Below, piece by piece: positions 29,970-40,468 of a stretch of 64,000 nucleotides of DNA (position 1 is the stretch's first letter; the number at the start of each line of letters is the position of its first letter). Under the pieces are notes generated by a model that made no database searches, was not told the origin of the DNA, and was given only the letters and a program-made list of their open reading frames with translations. Location of the stretch: contig CBDFFH010000047.1 in the NCBI GenBank assembly GCA_965246715.1, forward strand, positions 128,001-192,000, in the 5' to 3' direction. The translations under genes and the position numbers were made by a program. Source of the DNA: Chamaesiphon sp. GTDB taxonomy: Bacteria; Cyanobacteriota; Cyanobacteriia; Cyanobacteriales; Chamaesiphonaceae.

Positions 29970-30890
29970 ATGAGTACTAACCGCCGTCGATTTTTGATTG
30001 GAGCTGGCTGCGCTGGCTTGGGTTTGGCTGGGGGTGGCAAACTGCTCTCCGATACCCTAGCTGCCAACCAGCTCGACGATCGAATTGCCTCCGTCCCCGT
30101 ACCGAAGACTAAATTACTCCAAAGATTTGCTGTTGTTGCCGATACGGGTAGCGGCGATATCCATCAATATGCCGTCGGCCGTGCTTTAGCTCGCTACCAT
30201 CAAGCAAAGCCATTCGATACGGTGCTGTTAGCTGGAGATAATATCTACACTAACGGAGAATTTGCCAAGATTAAGGAGGCGTTTGCGATTCCTTATGAAG
30301 ATCTCCTGCAGCGCGGGGTAAAGTTTTATGCCTGTTTGGGCAATCATGATGTGCGATCGGAAAATGGTGATCGCGAAGTCGCTTATCCACAGTTCAATAT
30401 GCAGGGTAAACGTTACTATACCCACGGTAAAGGGGATGTCCGATTTTTTGTGTTAGAAACTAACTCGATCGTCGATCCTCGCTCGGCAGATCGCCAAACC
30501 CAACTAGCTTGGCTCGATCGCGAGTTAGGGGCGAGTAAAGCTAAGTGGAATATCGTCTATGGACATCATAATATTTATTCCGATGGCCAGTATGGCATCA
30601 ATGAAGTGATGCAACGTGATGTCACACCGATCCTCAAAAAACACCAAGTTAAATTGTGGATTAACGGACACGATCATAACTATCAACGATCGCAGCCGAT
30701 CGATGGCACGACTTATCTCGTATGTGGTGGTGGTGGTGCCAGCCTTTACAAAATCAAAACCAGTCAGATGGCATTTGCCCAAAGCGTCCACAGCTTCGGC
30801 ATTGTCGAAGTCTATTCAGACCAAATCCTCTTGACTGGAGTAAATAGCAAAAGTGAAATAATCGATCGCGGCTTAATCAAATTTGCTTAA
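29970..30890 (+). CDS. Tat-exported metallophosphoesterase (purple acid phosphatase-like)
   Basis: RRRFL Tat motif; DTG, GDNIY, GNHD, GHDH. Confidence 0.9.
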   Translation: MSTNRRRFLIGAGCAGLGLAGGGKLLSDTLAANQLDDRIASVPVPKTKLLQRFAVVADTGSGDIHQYAVGRALARYHQAKPFDTVLLAGDNIYTNGEFAKIKEAFAIPYEDLLQRGVKFYACLGNHDVRSENGDREVAYPQFNMQGKRYYTHGKGDVRFFVLETNSIVDPRSADRQTQLAWLDRELGASKAKWNIVYGHHNIYSDGQYGINEVMQRDVTPILKKHQVKLWINGHDHNYQRSQPIDGTTYLVCGGGGASLYKIKTSQMAFAQSVHSFGIVEVYSDQILLTGVNSKSEIIDRGLIKFA

Positions 30891-31055
30891 TCTCCTCACC
30901 CACAAACCACATCTCTGCGTTCTCCGTTCTCTCCGCGCTCTCTGCGAACAGCAAGAATACCCCCGATCGGCTACAATTATTCATAGATATTTACAATTTT
31001 TTGTAAATCTCGATCGGCAGCAACAGATCGTACTAGAGTTCTAACTCCACAATTT

Positions 31056-32846
31056 ATGAGCATTCCCATTCGTAACGTAGCCATCATCGCGCACGTAGAC
31101 CACGGTAAAACTACCCTTGTTGATGCACTTTTGAAGCAATCCGGTATTTTCCGCGAAGGGGAGGACGTGCCTATTTGTGTGATGGACTCCAATGACATCG
31201 AGCGCGAACGCGGAATTACCATTCTGTCCAAGAATACCGCTGTTAAGTACAAAGAATTTCTGATCAATATTATCGATACCCCCGGACACGCAGACTTCGG
31301 TGGTGAAGTCGAGCGTGTATTGGGAATGGTTGACGGTTGTATCCTGATCGTCGATGCCAATGAAGGCCCGATGCCGCAAACTCGGTTCGTACTGAAAAAA
31401 GCCCTGGAAAAAGGCTTACGTCCGATCGTCGTTGTTAATAAAATCGATCGACCTCAAGCCGAACCCCACAAAGCTGTCGATAAAGTTTTGGATCTATTTA
31501 TGGAACTCGGAGCTGATGACGATCAGTGCGACTTCCCCTACCTGTTTGCCTCCGGTTTGGCTGGCTATTCCAAGAATACATTGGAAGAAGAAGGCACCGA
31601 CATGGAAGCCATGTTCCAGGCGATTCTTCACCACGTTCCAGCTCCAGTCGGCGACCCTGAGAAGCCCTTGCAATTGCAAGTTACGACCCTAGATTATTCT
31701 GAATATTTAGGTCGGATTATTATCGGAAAAATTCATAATGGCACCATCAACATGGGTCAGCAGGCTGCTCTGATTACGGAAGATGGCACGATTACTAAAG
31801 GCCGAATCACTAAGCTGTTAGGCTTTGATGGCTTGAAACGGGTGGAAATCGAGAGTGCCAGCGCGGGAAATATCATTGCGATCGCTGGATTTGCGGACGC
31901 AAACATTGGTGAGACGATTACCTGTCCGAATACTCCGATGGCGCTACCGATGATCAAGGTAGACGAACCAACCCTTCAGATGACCTTCTGTGTCAATGAT
32001 TCTCCATTTGCCGGGACTGAAGGTAAGCTGGTAACTTCGCGCCAAGTCCGCGATCGATTATTCCGCGAGCTGGAAACTAACGTTGCCCTGCGGGTGGAAG
32101 AAACCGATGAAGCCGACAAATTTGCAGTAGCTGGACGCGGAGAGCTTCACCTCGGTATTCTGATTGAGAATATGCGCCGTGAAGGTTACGAATTCCAAGT
32201 TTCCCAGCCGCAAGTAATCTACCGTGAAGTCGGTGGGATCAAATGCGAACCATTTGAGTTAATGGTACTCGACGTACCAGAAGAATCAGTTGGTAGCTGT
32301 ATCGAGCGTCTCGGTCAACGTAAAGGCGAAATGCAGGATATGGTCGTCGGTGGTAACGGTCGTTCCAACCTGGAATTTGTCGTTCCTGCTCGTGGCTTGA
32401 TCGGTTTCCGAGGTGAATTCATGCGGATGACCCGTGGTGCGGGGATTATGAACCACAGTTTCCTCGAATATCGTCCGATCTGTGGCGATATCTCTGCTCG
32501 GCGCAATGGCGTACTGATCTCCTTTGAAGAAGGTACTGCTACCGACTACGCACTCATGGGTGCAGAAGATCGCGGTACGTTCTTTATCAAGCCTGGAACT
32601 AAGGTTTATAAAGGAATGGTCGTCGGCGAAAACAACCGTCCTCAAGATCTAGAGTTAAATATCTGTAAGAGCAAACAGTTAACCAACCATCGTGCCTCAG
32701 GTGGTGAAGAATTAGTACAGCTCAAAGCACCGATCGATATGAACCTCGAACGCGCCCTAGAATACATCAGTGGTGACGAAATGGTTGAAGTGACACCGCT
32801 ATCGATTCGGATCCGGAAGATCTCCAAAAAATTAGCTCGCCGTTAA
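31056..32846 (+). CDS. typA: Translational GTPase TypA/BipA
   Basis: [25 protein letters not shown]. Confidence 0.98.
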   Translation: MSIPIRNVAIIAHVDHGKTTLVDALLKQSGIFREGEDVPICVMDSNDIERERGITILSKNTAVKYKEFLINIIDTPGHADFGGEVERVLGMVDGCILIVDANEGPMPQTRFVLKKALEKGLRPIVVVNKIDRPQAEPHKAVDKVLDLFMELGADDDQCDFPYLFASGLAGYSKNTLEEEGTDMEAMFQAILHHVPAPVGDPEKPLQLQVTTLDYSEYLGRIIIGKIHNGTINMGQQAALITEDGTITKGRITKLLGFDGLKRVEIESASAGNIIAIAGFADANIGETITCPNTPMALPMIKVDEPTLQMTFCVNDSPFAGTEGKLVTSRQVRDRLFRELETNVALRVEETDEADKFAVAGRGELHLGILIENMRREGYEFQVSQPQVIYREVGGIKCEPFELMVLDVPEESVGSCIERLGQRKGEMQDMVVGGNGRSNLEFVVPARGLIGFRGEFMRMTRGAGIMNHSFLEYRPICGDISARRNGVLISFEEGTATDYALMGAEDRGTFFIKPGTKVYKGMVVGENNRPQDLELNICKSKQLTNHRASGGEELVQLKAPIDMNLERALEYISGDEMVEVTPLSIRIRKISKKLARR

Positions 32847-32873
32847 GTTAACGCTCGATTACATTAATTACTT

Positions 32874-32898
32874 AAGTCCGCAGGTGCGGACTTTTTTT
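32874..32898 (+). terminator. Intrinsic terminator after typA
   Basis: aagtccgca-gg-tgcggactt followed by a T-run. Confidence 0.8.
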
Positions 32899-32928
32899 GT
32901 GGATCGATTTACCCCCACCGATCTCTCG

Positions 32929-33357
32929 CTAGTCCGCCCAGTTTTGCAATCTTAATCCAGGAATCAGAGAAAAATCTTTGTGATTGCGAGTTACCATAAT
33001 TCCATCGTTAGCAAGCGCGATTGCCGCAATTCTTGTATCTTTTTCTAACCGCTTCTTTGCCAGTAGTTTATTCTCAGACAATAGATTTTGATGATGGATT
33101 TGAGCAGTTTCTGTGAAGTTGAGGATCGTAACTTTTTTGAATAATTCTGTGGTCTGCCAGAGCTTTGTATAAAGCCAGACTAGTTGATGTACTCGTGCTG
33201 GGTCATTAATCCTCCCTGCCCAACCATTGAAGATTTCTTGGACGGTAATAATCGTAATAGCAACATCAGGAAATTTGTCAGCTGCTCGATCTCTAATTTG
33301 TGAATTTCCCTCTACAAACAGGGAAACATGGTCGGTGTCTAGAATCCAAAGACTCAT
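32929..33357 (-). CDS. PIN-domain (VapC-like) toxin
   Basis: ILDTDH, TVQE, DTRIAAIA, VTRNHKDF. Confidence 0.9.
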   Translation of the reverse strand: MSLWILDTDHVSLFVEGNSQIRDRAADKFPDVAITIITVQEIFNGWAGRINDPARVHQLVWLYTKLWQTTELFKKVTILNFTETAQIHHQNLLSENKLLAKKRLEKDTRIAAIALANDGIMVTRNHKDFSLIPGLRLQNWAD

Positions 33358-33360
33358 AAT

Positions 33361-33663
33361 TTAAGTTGCGTCTTCCGTTGAAACTCGTTCGGATCTAATT
33401 GCTTGGGCAATTTCAGCAAAATCTGGATCGTCTTTGAAGATACCCGCAAACTCAATCCAGGGGTTATTCGGTTGTGGAGATGGAACTTGGATAGAGACAA
33501 TCTTCGCAGTAGCCAACCGCTCTGTGAGCCTTGCTTGGACTTGACTAATGGCTTCCATATCGGTGATGGCGGTAACTTGACAATCGGGAAGTTCCAGAAC
33601 AGTAGCTGAAGATCGACCGTCAGCGGTATGTTCGAGTAAGATTTTATAAGTTGAAGCTACCAT
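33361..33663 (-). CDS. Putative antitoxin, HicB-like N-terminal fold
   Basis: Directly upstream of the PIN gene; ATVLELPDC...EAI; NPWIEFAGIFKDDPDF. Confidence 0.7.
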   Translation of the reverse strand: MVASTYKILLEHTADGRSSATVLELPDCQVTAITDMEAISQVQARLTERLATAKIVSIQVPSPQPNNPWIEFAGIFKDDPDFAEIAQAIRSERVSTEDAT

Positions 33664-33992
33664 AAGAACTTCGGTCTCCGATGAAATACTGGACAGATTT
33701 ATATTTTACCTAAAATTGGTGGCTTCGGATTCAGGACGTTAAGTAAGGGGCTTAATGACTACGGATAGTCTTGCTTTCTCCCAATTGCCAATGTGGTCTC
33801 CCGCCGATCTTCGATCCAATCGCTGTTGATAAATTTCGTAAGCTTTAATCTGTTGTAACTCTGGGGGTACCAATTTTTTCTGGTGCATTTTTTATATTCT
33901 TTATCCCTACACTTTTAGTATTCCCTATCCAATGTCTAATAGTTCGTGTATACTGCTTAATCTATAGAGACCGGAATAGCGGATGGTGAAAT

Positions 33993-36458
33993 TTGAACCT
34001 AGACTGGCAACTTCCTCCCCAAATTGAAATCCCCCCCGAATTTATCACTGCGGTACGTGCGTCTAAACCAACGATAAATGGTAAATACGCCGCGAGATTG
34101 TTATGGCAACGGGGGATGCGAGCTATCGATTTGCTCCCTGGTTATTTAGATTGTGATAAATATCAGCCGAGTAGTCCCTTTGCCTTTGGGATCGAAATGA
34201 CAGCGGCGGTAGAGCGATTAAAAAAGGCCTACATTTACGGCGAAAAGGTGACGATTTGGGGTGATTTTGATGCGGATGGCGTGACGGCTACTAGCGTACT
34301 TTGGGATGGTTTGGGGCAGTTTTTCACACAGGTCGAACGATTGGATTATTATATCCCCGATCGCATGAAGGAGTCGCACGGGCTAAATCTCCCTGGGATT
34401 AAAAAATTAGCGGCGCAAGGAACCAATCTCATTGTCACTTGCGATACTGGCAGTACGAATGTTAAAGAAGTAGAATATGCTGCAAAATTAGGTATCGATG
34501 TCATCGTTACCGATCATCATACGTTACCAGCACAACGCCCACCGCTAACGGCGATTATCAATCCGCGTTATTTTGCATCTACGCATCCATTATTTCATCT
34601 CTCTGGTGTCGCCGTTGCCTATAAATTAGTCGAGGGTTTGTACGAGACTTTGCCAGATATTCCCCGTCAGCCGATCGAGTATTTATTAGATTTAGTCGCG
34701 ATCGGATTGATTGCCGATCTCGTCCAATTAAAAGGCGATTGTCGTTATCTCGCCCAGCAGGGCATCAAGCGGTTGACCTTACAAAATCAACCAGATATTG
34801 AGGGGTTTCGTCCGGGAGTACATCAGTTATTAAAGTTGTGTAAACGTAATGGCGATCGACCGACAGATATTTCATTTGGCATTGCCCCCCGCATTAATGC
34901 GATTAGTCGGATTCATGGCGATGCTAGTTTTGGGGTAGAGTTATTAACTAGTAAAAATGTCGATCGCTGTCATGAATTAGCCGCAGAAACCGAACTGGCA
35001 AATACGCGGCGGAAAGAACTGCAAAAGAATACCACACTCCAAGTTCAAAAAAAGCTAGATGAATTAGATTTATCGACTACTTCTGTAATTGTAATTGTCG
35101 ATAATAATTGGTCGCCAGGAGTTCTAGGATTAGTCGCCGGACAAATCGCTCAAGAGCATGGTAAGCCTGCGATTTTATTAAGTACGACTAGCGATGCTGA
35201 CTCAGGTAAAGAAAAAGTTAAAATTGCTAGAGGTTCAGCTCGATCGACCCAAAACATCGATTTATATCAGTTAGTTAATTCTCAGGCTCATTTACTCAAT
35301 AGCTTTGGCGGTCACCCCTTTGCGGCTGGATTGAGTATTAATGTCGATAATATTCCGCTATTTACAGAGGCGATCGATCGGGAACTCCGATCTTCCCTCG
35401 GTGAAATACCCGCACCCTCGATCGCGACCGACTTGGTAGTTACATGTGCGGAATTAAGTGTCGCTGGCGGGCGAGAATTGTTCGAGGAATTACTACTTCT
35501 CGAACCGTATGGGATGGGTAATCCAGTGCCAAAATTGCTAATTAAAAATTGTACGTTTACTAATATTCGAAATAAAAATATTAAAGACTTCAAAGGTAAT
35601 ACCGTTCGTTATATTCGCACGACATTCGAGCTAGCTGACGGTACGACGAAGTCCAGATTTCCAGGGATGTGGTGGGGACATTACGAGCATGAAATTCCGC
35701 AGGTAAATTGCGATGCGATCGTTGAGTTAGATTTTAATTCTTATGAAAAACGGTTTGAAGTGAGATTGGTGGAAGTGCGTCCGGCTGTAGCCGAACGCCA
35801 GTCGCCAGTAGGCAATCATCAGCAGCCACTCAAAATCCTCGACTTTCGCCGGGAATCAGTTCCCGCTGCGCTCGAATCAGAACCGATCTTCTGGGTCAAA
35901 GAATGCCCTAAAGATTGGGCTGAATTACAAACATATTGCCGTCAAGCGGTTTATACCAATCGGCAGTTAGCACTCAGCTATCAGACCGCGAATACTACCA
36001 GCAGTCGAGCAGTATTTGAAAATTTAGTCGGCATTGCCAAATACCTCAGTCATACTGGTACGAGTGTCAATTTACAGCAGCTCAAGACGAAGCTAAATAT
36101 CGGCGATCGCGCGTTGAAATTAGGTTTGGATACGCTGGTCGAACTGGGGTTTTGCCTAGCATTCGATAGTCGTACCGAGCTACTCACACTTAAATTAGAT
36201 CGCGAGGCAACAACTAAGGCGGTCGATCTGTACTCGCTAGTGCCAGTCCGCTTATTTCTGGCGGCGATTGAGGAAGAGCAGTTTCAGCGCAACTATTTTC
36301 TGCAAGTGCCAGTATACGCGCTAGAGTCATTACTAGGGGCGACAGTGGCGGGGAAACCCACCCCAACTTCCAAGCGCGATCCCGAAGCTCCGGCCGATCG
36401 ACCAAACCCAACTATTAACAAACAACAACAACCACCCAAAGAAGTGCTAAATTTTTAA
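33993..36458 (+). CDS. recJ: ssDNA exonuclease RecJ with C-terminal extension
   Basis: GDFDADG, VTDHH, GSARS, GGHPFAAG, LEPYGMGNP. Confidence 0.95.
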   Translation: MNLDWQLPPQIEIPPEFITAVRASKPTINGKYAARLLWQRGMRAIDLLPGYLDCDKYQPSSPFAFGIEMTAAVERLKKAYIYGEKVTIWGDFDADGVTATSVLWDGLGQFFTQVERLDYYIPDRMKESHGLNLPGIKKLAAQGTNLIVTCDTGSTNVKEVEYAAKLGIDVIVTDHHTLPAQRPPLTAIINPRYFASTHPLFHLSGVAVAYKLVEGLYETLPDIPRQPIEYLLDLVAIGLIADLVQLKGDCRYLAQQGIKRLTLQNQPDIEGFRPGVHQLLKLCKRNGDRPTDISFGIAPRINAISRIHGDASFGVELLTSKNVDRCHELAAETELANTRRKELQKNTTLQVQKKLDELDLSTTSVIVIVDNNWSPGVLGLVAGQIAQEHGKPAILLSTTSDADSGKEKVKIARGSARSTQNIDLYQLVNSQAHLLNSFGGHPFAAGLSINVDNIPLFTEAIDRELRSSLGEIPAPSIATDLVVTCAELSVAGGRELFEELLLLEPYGMGNPVPKLLIKNCTFTNIRNKNIKDFKGNTVRYIRTTFELADGTTKSRFPGMWWGHYEHEIPQVNCDAIVELDFNSYEKRFEVRLVEVRPAVAERQSPVGNHQQPLKILDFRRESVPAALESEPIFWVKECPKDWAELQTYCRQAVYTNRQLALSYQTANTTSSRAVFENLVGIAKYLSHTGTSVNLQQLKTKLNIGDRALKLGLDTLVELGFCLAFDSRTELLTLKLDREATTKAVDLYSLVPVRLFLAAIEEEQFQRNYFLQVPVYALESLLGATVAGKPTPTSKRDPEAPADRPNPTINKQQQPPKEVLNF

Positions 36459-36500
36459 GTAGCTAAGTTAAAATATTGCTGTTTTGGGAGCCTATATATA

Positions 36501-36689
36501 ATGATCGTAATTTTCAATCTGGCACTGTTTGCGCTAGTGCTGTTATCGTTCGTGATGATCGTCGGTGTGCCTGTTGCTTACGCAGCACCACAAAACTGGG
36601 ATCGATCGAAACAACTCCTGTTCGTCGGTTCGGGAGCTTGGACGATTTTAGTCGTGGTCGTAGGTGTGTTGAACTTCCTCGTCGTCTAG
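36501..36689 (+). CDS. psbZ: Photosystem II protein Z
   Basis: 62 aa, [13 protein letters not shown]; psbZ-ribH synteny. Confidence 0.95.
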   Translation: MIVIFNLALFALVLLSFVMIVGVPVAYAAPQNWDRSKQLLFVGSGAWTILVVVVGVLNFLVV

Positions 36690-36833
36690 ATTGCTCGGTA
36701 TGAAGATCGACTGTTAGAACGCATCGATGTCGTCATTACAGTCGATCGCTTTGCTAGAAAGCCTCCAATCTAGTAACTGGCTTCATCACTCATACTTCGA
36801 CTATGCTCAGTACAAGTAATTCATAATTTTTAG

Positions 36834-37325
36834 ATGTCAGTTTTTGAAGGCACTCTCGTCGCAGATAGTTCTCTGCGGTTTGCGATCGTTATCGGTCGGT
36901 TTAATGACCTCGTTACTAATAAACTCCTAGAAAGCTGTCAGGACTGTCTCAAACGACACGGAATCGATATCGACCCTGATGGTAGTCAGGTAGACTATGC
37001 GTGGGTGCCTGGGTGCTTTGAGGTACCACTGGTGGCAAAGAAATTGGCGCTATCCAAACGCTATGATGCGATTATTTGTTTGGGCGCAGTAATTCGGGGC
37101 GATACACCGCATTTTGACTATGTATCTTCGGAAGTAGCTAAAGGTGTTGCTAATGTTGCATTTCAGACTGGTACACCAGTAATTTTTGGGGTGCTGACGG
37201 TGGATACCATGACTCAAGCTTTAGAACGAGCGGGGATTAAGGGAAATCACGGTTGGGGTTATGCACTCAATGCGATCGAAATGGCTACGCTCATGAAAAC
37301 CATGCCTGCGGAAGTGGGAGCGTAG
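36834..37325 (+). CDS. ribH: 6,7-dimethyl-8-ribityllumazine synthase
   Basis: [24 protein letters not shown]. Confidence 0.97.
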   Translation: MSVFEGTLVADSSLRFAIVIGRFNDLVTNKLLESCQDCLKRHGIDIDPDGSQVDYAWVPGCFEVPLVAKKLALSKRYDAIICLGAVIRGDTPHFDYVSSEVAKGVANVAFQTGTPVIFGVLTVDTMTQALERAGIKGNHGWGYALNAIEMATLMKTMPAEVGA

Positions 37326-37446
37326 GAGCTTAACTGATATTTGCCTAACGTGAGTTCGGGTTGAGGATATTGCCTCCGCACTAGCACCGCACTCGATTGA
37401 AATCGGTGCTAGTGGTTCAAAGTCCGCCTCGCGGACTGAATATCTT

Positions 37447-37621
37447 AACGTCAGTTCGGGTTAAGAAATGCCTGGAGACTAGAAGTCTCGGCTTATGATG
37501 CAAAGTCCGCCTACTCGGACTAGTTAATCAGTCCGCGTAGGCGGACTTTGTAGTGTTAGCCCCGATTTCAATCGGAGGCGATGCTGAAGCGGAGCCAATA
37601 TCCTTAACCCGAACTGACGTT
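37447..37621. mobile_element. Inner MITE family A copy
   Basis: Perfect 19-bp TIRs aacgtcagttcgggttaag / cttaacccgaactgacgtt; ATCTT duplication at 37442-37446 and 37622-37626. Confidence 0.92.
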
Positions 37622-37712
37622 ATCTTAGTCCGCGAAGCGAAAAGTGCATTTGGTCGGCTCGCCGACCATTAGACCAGTAGGTCTTGGGGTTTCCCCAAGT
37701 GGTCGGGTCGAT

Positions 37713-39197
37713 CGATTCGTGACAAGTTAAGGAGCGAGCGCAGTTGTCAAGCCGGGTTGAGCGGAAGGCTCAAAAAAGAATGAGCCTTCCCTGCTCGCTT
37801 GGTCGGGAAAGGGGTCAATCATTAATTTCTTGAATGGCTTTCGGATAGATTTAATAATACCTAAATCTCTATTTTCAGGAGCTGCAAAATATTTAATGGG
37901 GTCGGTAGCTAAACCTTTGTGATGGGCAACATAAAAATGGTAAAGACCACGATAAATCATCTCTAAAGAAATGCGGTCAAAAGGAAGAGATAGCTCATCA
38001 GCAATCGCATCGCCAAGATCGACTAATACAATATAAAATAGCCAAGTCCCCCAGAGTTGCAACTTAATACCATTAAGTGAGCCTGTCCAGATATAACTCA
38101 ATCCTAACAATCGTTTGACAATATTAAATGCCTCTTCTATTCGCCATCTTCTACCATACAAATCGGCAACTACGTAGGGTGGTAAAATTAATGGGTCAAG
38201 CACGCTAGTTAGATAAGAGTACCAAGCTTTACCCATTTTGATTTCCACTAATCTCATCGTGATACATGGAGTTGTTTTATTACCAGCACCCATTGTTACT
38301 ATTCGGTCGCGGATGCTGTAACTATTCGTGAATGCGCTCTCGACGGTAAATGATGCTTTGTTGTTTAGGCGGGTAATTACATGAACATTCCTTTCGATTA
38401 GTTGTTGCCAAAACAGATAATGACAAAATCCTCGATCTAGTAAAATTAATGTCTGGGGCTTGACTAGCTTTAGGATATCTGCCTCAAACTTCATGTCACT
38501 AGCTTTGGCATTCGACTCAAACCAAATTTCTACTGGTAGTCGGGTTACTAGATCGATGACTACTCCTATTTTTCCAGCTAATTGATTTTTTGGCACATCT
38601 GTCAGACTTTCTAATTTCTTGAAGATTGCTTCTAATGTTGAACCGTCACTAGCCCAAACTCTAGCAAATTTAGTTCGGGCAAATTGAATACTGGAGGGTA
38701 GTTGTCTTTTGTTGCGACTGTGCCATTTTCGCTCGAATTCTGGCAGTAATTCTCTAAATATTCGCTCAAATATTTCAGCGGGAAATGTCAAAAATCTCTG
38801 TGATAATGCTTGTTGGCTGACTTGTGTTGGTTCGCACCAGAGAAATCCTTCTCTGGCGAGTATTCTGCTGAGTTCTCTGACTCCAGCTACGTCTCGCCAA
38901 ATTAGTGTCAGCACTGCTGCTACCATCAGCGGCAGATTCAGTATTCTATCCCTCATTCCGAGTTGGCGATAGTACTTTTCTTGTGCTAGTACTGCTGGCG
39001 TGACTAGCTGTTCTAATTGTGCTGCTATCACCTCCTCTTCCATCATCGGACGTTGTTGTCGCTTGGCGTGGTCGCGATTTGTTGTCCGCTTTTTAGGCAT
39101 GTGTCAAATTTGGTTCTAACTCTTTGCTAGTAACAGTTTGACATTTTTTCTTTCTCCCCTTGACAACCCTCGGTTTTTCTTAACTTGTCACGAATCG
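37713..39197 (-). mobile_element. IS4-family insertion sequence (1485 bp)
   Basis: Perfect 19-bp TIRs cgattcgtgacaagttaag / cttaacttgtcacgaatcg. Confidence 0.93.
37727..39100 (-). CDS. IS4-family DDE transposase
   Basis: DGS, LDRG and YREK signature YGRRWRIEEAFNIVK. Confidence 0.95.
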   Translation of the reverse strand: MPKKRTTNRDHAKRQQRPMMEEEVIAAQLEQLVTPAVLAQEKYYRQLGMRDRILNLPLMVAAVLTLIWRDVAGVRELSRILAREGFLWCEPTQVSQQALSQRFLTFPAEIFERIFRELLPEFERKWHSRNKRQLPSSIQFARTKFARVWASDGSTLEAIFKKLESLTDVPKNQLAGKIGVVIDLVTRLPVEIWFESNAKASDMKFEADILKLVKPQTLILLDRGFCHYLFWQQLIERNVHVITRLNNKASFTVESAFTNSYSIRDRIVTMGAGNKTTPCITMRLVEIKMGKAWYSYLTSVLDPLILPPYVVADLYGRRWRIEEAFNIVKRLLGLSYIWTGSLNGIKLQLWGTWLFYIVLVDLGDAIADELSLPFDRISLEMIYRGLYHFYVAHHKGLATDPIKYFAAPENRDLGIIKSIRKPFKKLMIDPFPDQASREGSFFFEPSAQPGLTTALAP

Positions 39198-39378
39198 GGG
39201 AACCCGACCTGACCGAGCACCTTTTCAAGACAGGCGGACTTCGCATCATGAGCCGAGAATTCAGTCTCTGGGCTGTTCTTAACCCGATCGCACGTTGCCT
39301 AGGTTCGATCGTTTGGACTTAGGCGCTCTGCTGTGGGGAAAAAAGTTGCCAAGAACGCTTTCGTAAACACGATTGTAG

Positions 39379-40350
39379 CTAACTCAGGCAAGCCATAAAT
39401 GCGGCTTTAAGACCCACTGCCTCTAAATCCCGTCCGATGAATACTAATTCATTTTTACGGACTTCAGTGGCTTTCCACGGACGATCGAGCCGACCGTCAA
39501 AAATCATATGTACGCCTTGAAATACAAAGCGGCGATCGTCACTGGCAATATTTAAGATCCCCTTCATCCGAAAGATATTTGGCCCTTGGCTGCTCAGGAG
39601 TTCGCTAATCCAGACGTTTAATTTTTTAACATCGATCGCGCCTTCAGCTACTAAGGCGATCGATCCGACAGTTTCATCGTGTACGTGAGCTTCTTCTCCC
39701 AGAAATTGGGGGTCGATTTCGAGAGCACGATCGAGATCGAAGGCATTAATTCCTAAGATACGATCTAAATCGATTTCGGAATTTTGTGTGCGATAGATTT
39801 TTGCCAGTGCATTAATCTGGCGAATTTTTGTTTCTAGAGTATCTAGCTCTTCAGTCGTCACTAAATCTACTTTATTTAATAAAATGCGATCGGCAAACGC
39901 AATCTGTTCGATCGCCTCATTCGCATCCCAATGTTGAGTGATATGTTTGGCATCAACGACCGTGATGACTGCATCTAGATGCGTCTGTTCCTGGACATCT
40001 TCATCGACAAAGAAAGTTTGGATTACGGGTGCGGGATCGGCTAATCCAGTCGTTTCAATGACTAATCGATCGAATTTATCCCGTCGCCGCATCAGATTGG
40101 CAATAATCCGAATCAGATCGCCACGCACGGTACAACAGATACAACCATTATTCATCTCGAACATCTCTTCATCGGCATCGACGATTAATTGATTGTCGAT
40201 TCCAATTTCACCAAATTCATTGACGATTACAGCAATTTTCTGACCGTGCTCTTGAGTTAAAATTCGATTTAATAGGGTGGTTTTTCCAGCACCTAAATAT
40301 CCAGTTAATACGGTAACTGGCACGGTAGTTAATATGGTTGAATCAGTCAT
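39379..40350 (-). CDS. CobW/COG0523 metal-chaperone GTPase
   Basis: GYLGAGKTT, GCICC, ETTGLADP. Confidence 0.93.
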   Translation of the reverse strand: MTDSTILTTVPVTVLTGYLGAGKTTLLNRILTQEHGQKIAVIVNEFGEIGIDNQLIVDADEEMFEMNNGCICCTVRGDLIRIIANLMRRRDKFDRLVIETTGLADPAPVIQTFFVDEDVQEQTHLDAVITVVDAKHITQHWDANEAIEQIAFADRILLNKVDLVTTEELDTLETKIRQINALAKIYRTQNSEIDLDRILGINAFDLDRALEIDPQFLGEEAHVHDETVGSIALVAEGAIDVKKLNVWISELLSSQGPNIFRMKGILNIASDDRRFVFQGVHMIFDGRLDRPWKATEVRKNELVFIGRDLEAVGLKAAFMACLS

Positions 40351-40396
40351 TTTGTAGTTTCTCCCGATCGCCGATAATCAAACGCCGTTAATTGTG

Positions 40397-40428
40397 AAAA
40401 AAGAGAGGGTAGTAAATTACTCCCTCTC
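40397..40428 (-). terminator. Probable terminator after prk
   Basis: A-run then gagagggtag..actccctctc stem. Confidence 0.55.
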
Positions 40429-40468
40429 ATATTTAGCCAACTACGAGTTCATTTATTACTCGATTTGT

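Larger units (their letters stand above)
37347..39296. mobile_element. Outer MITE family A copy expanded by nested insertions
   Basis: TIRs aacgtgagttcgggttgag / cttaacccgatcgcacgtt; GCCT duplication at 37343-37346 and 39297-39300. Confidence 0.85.
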
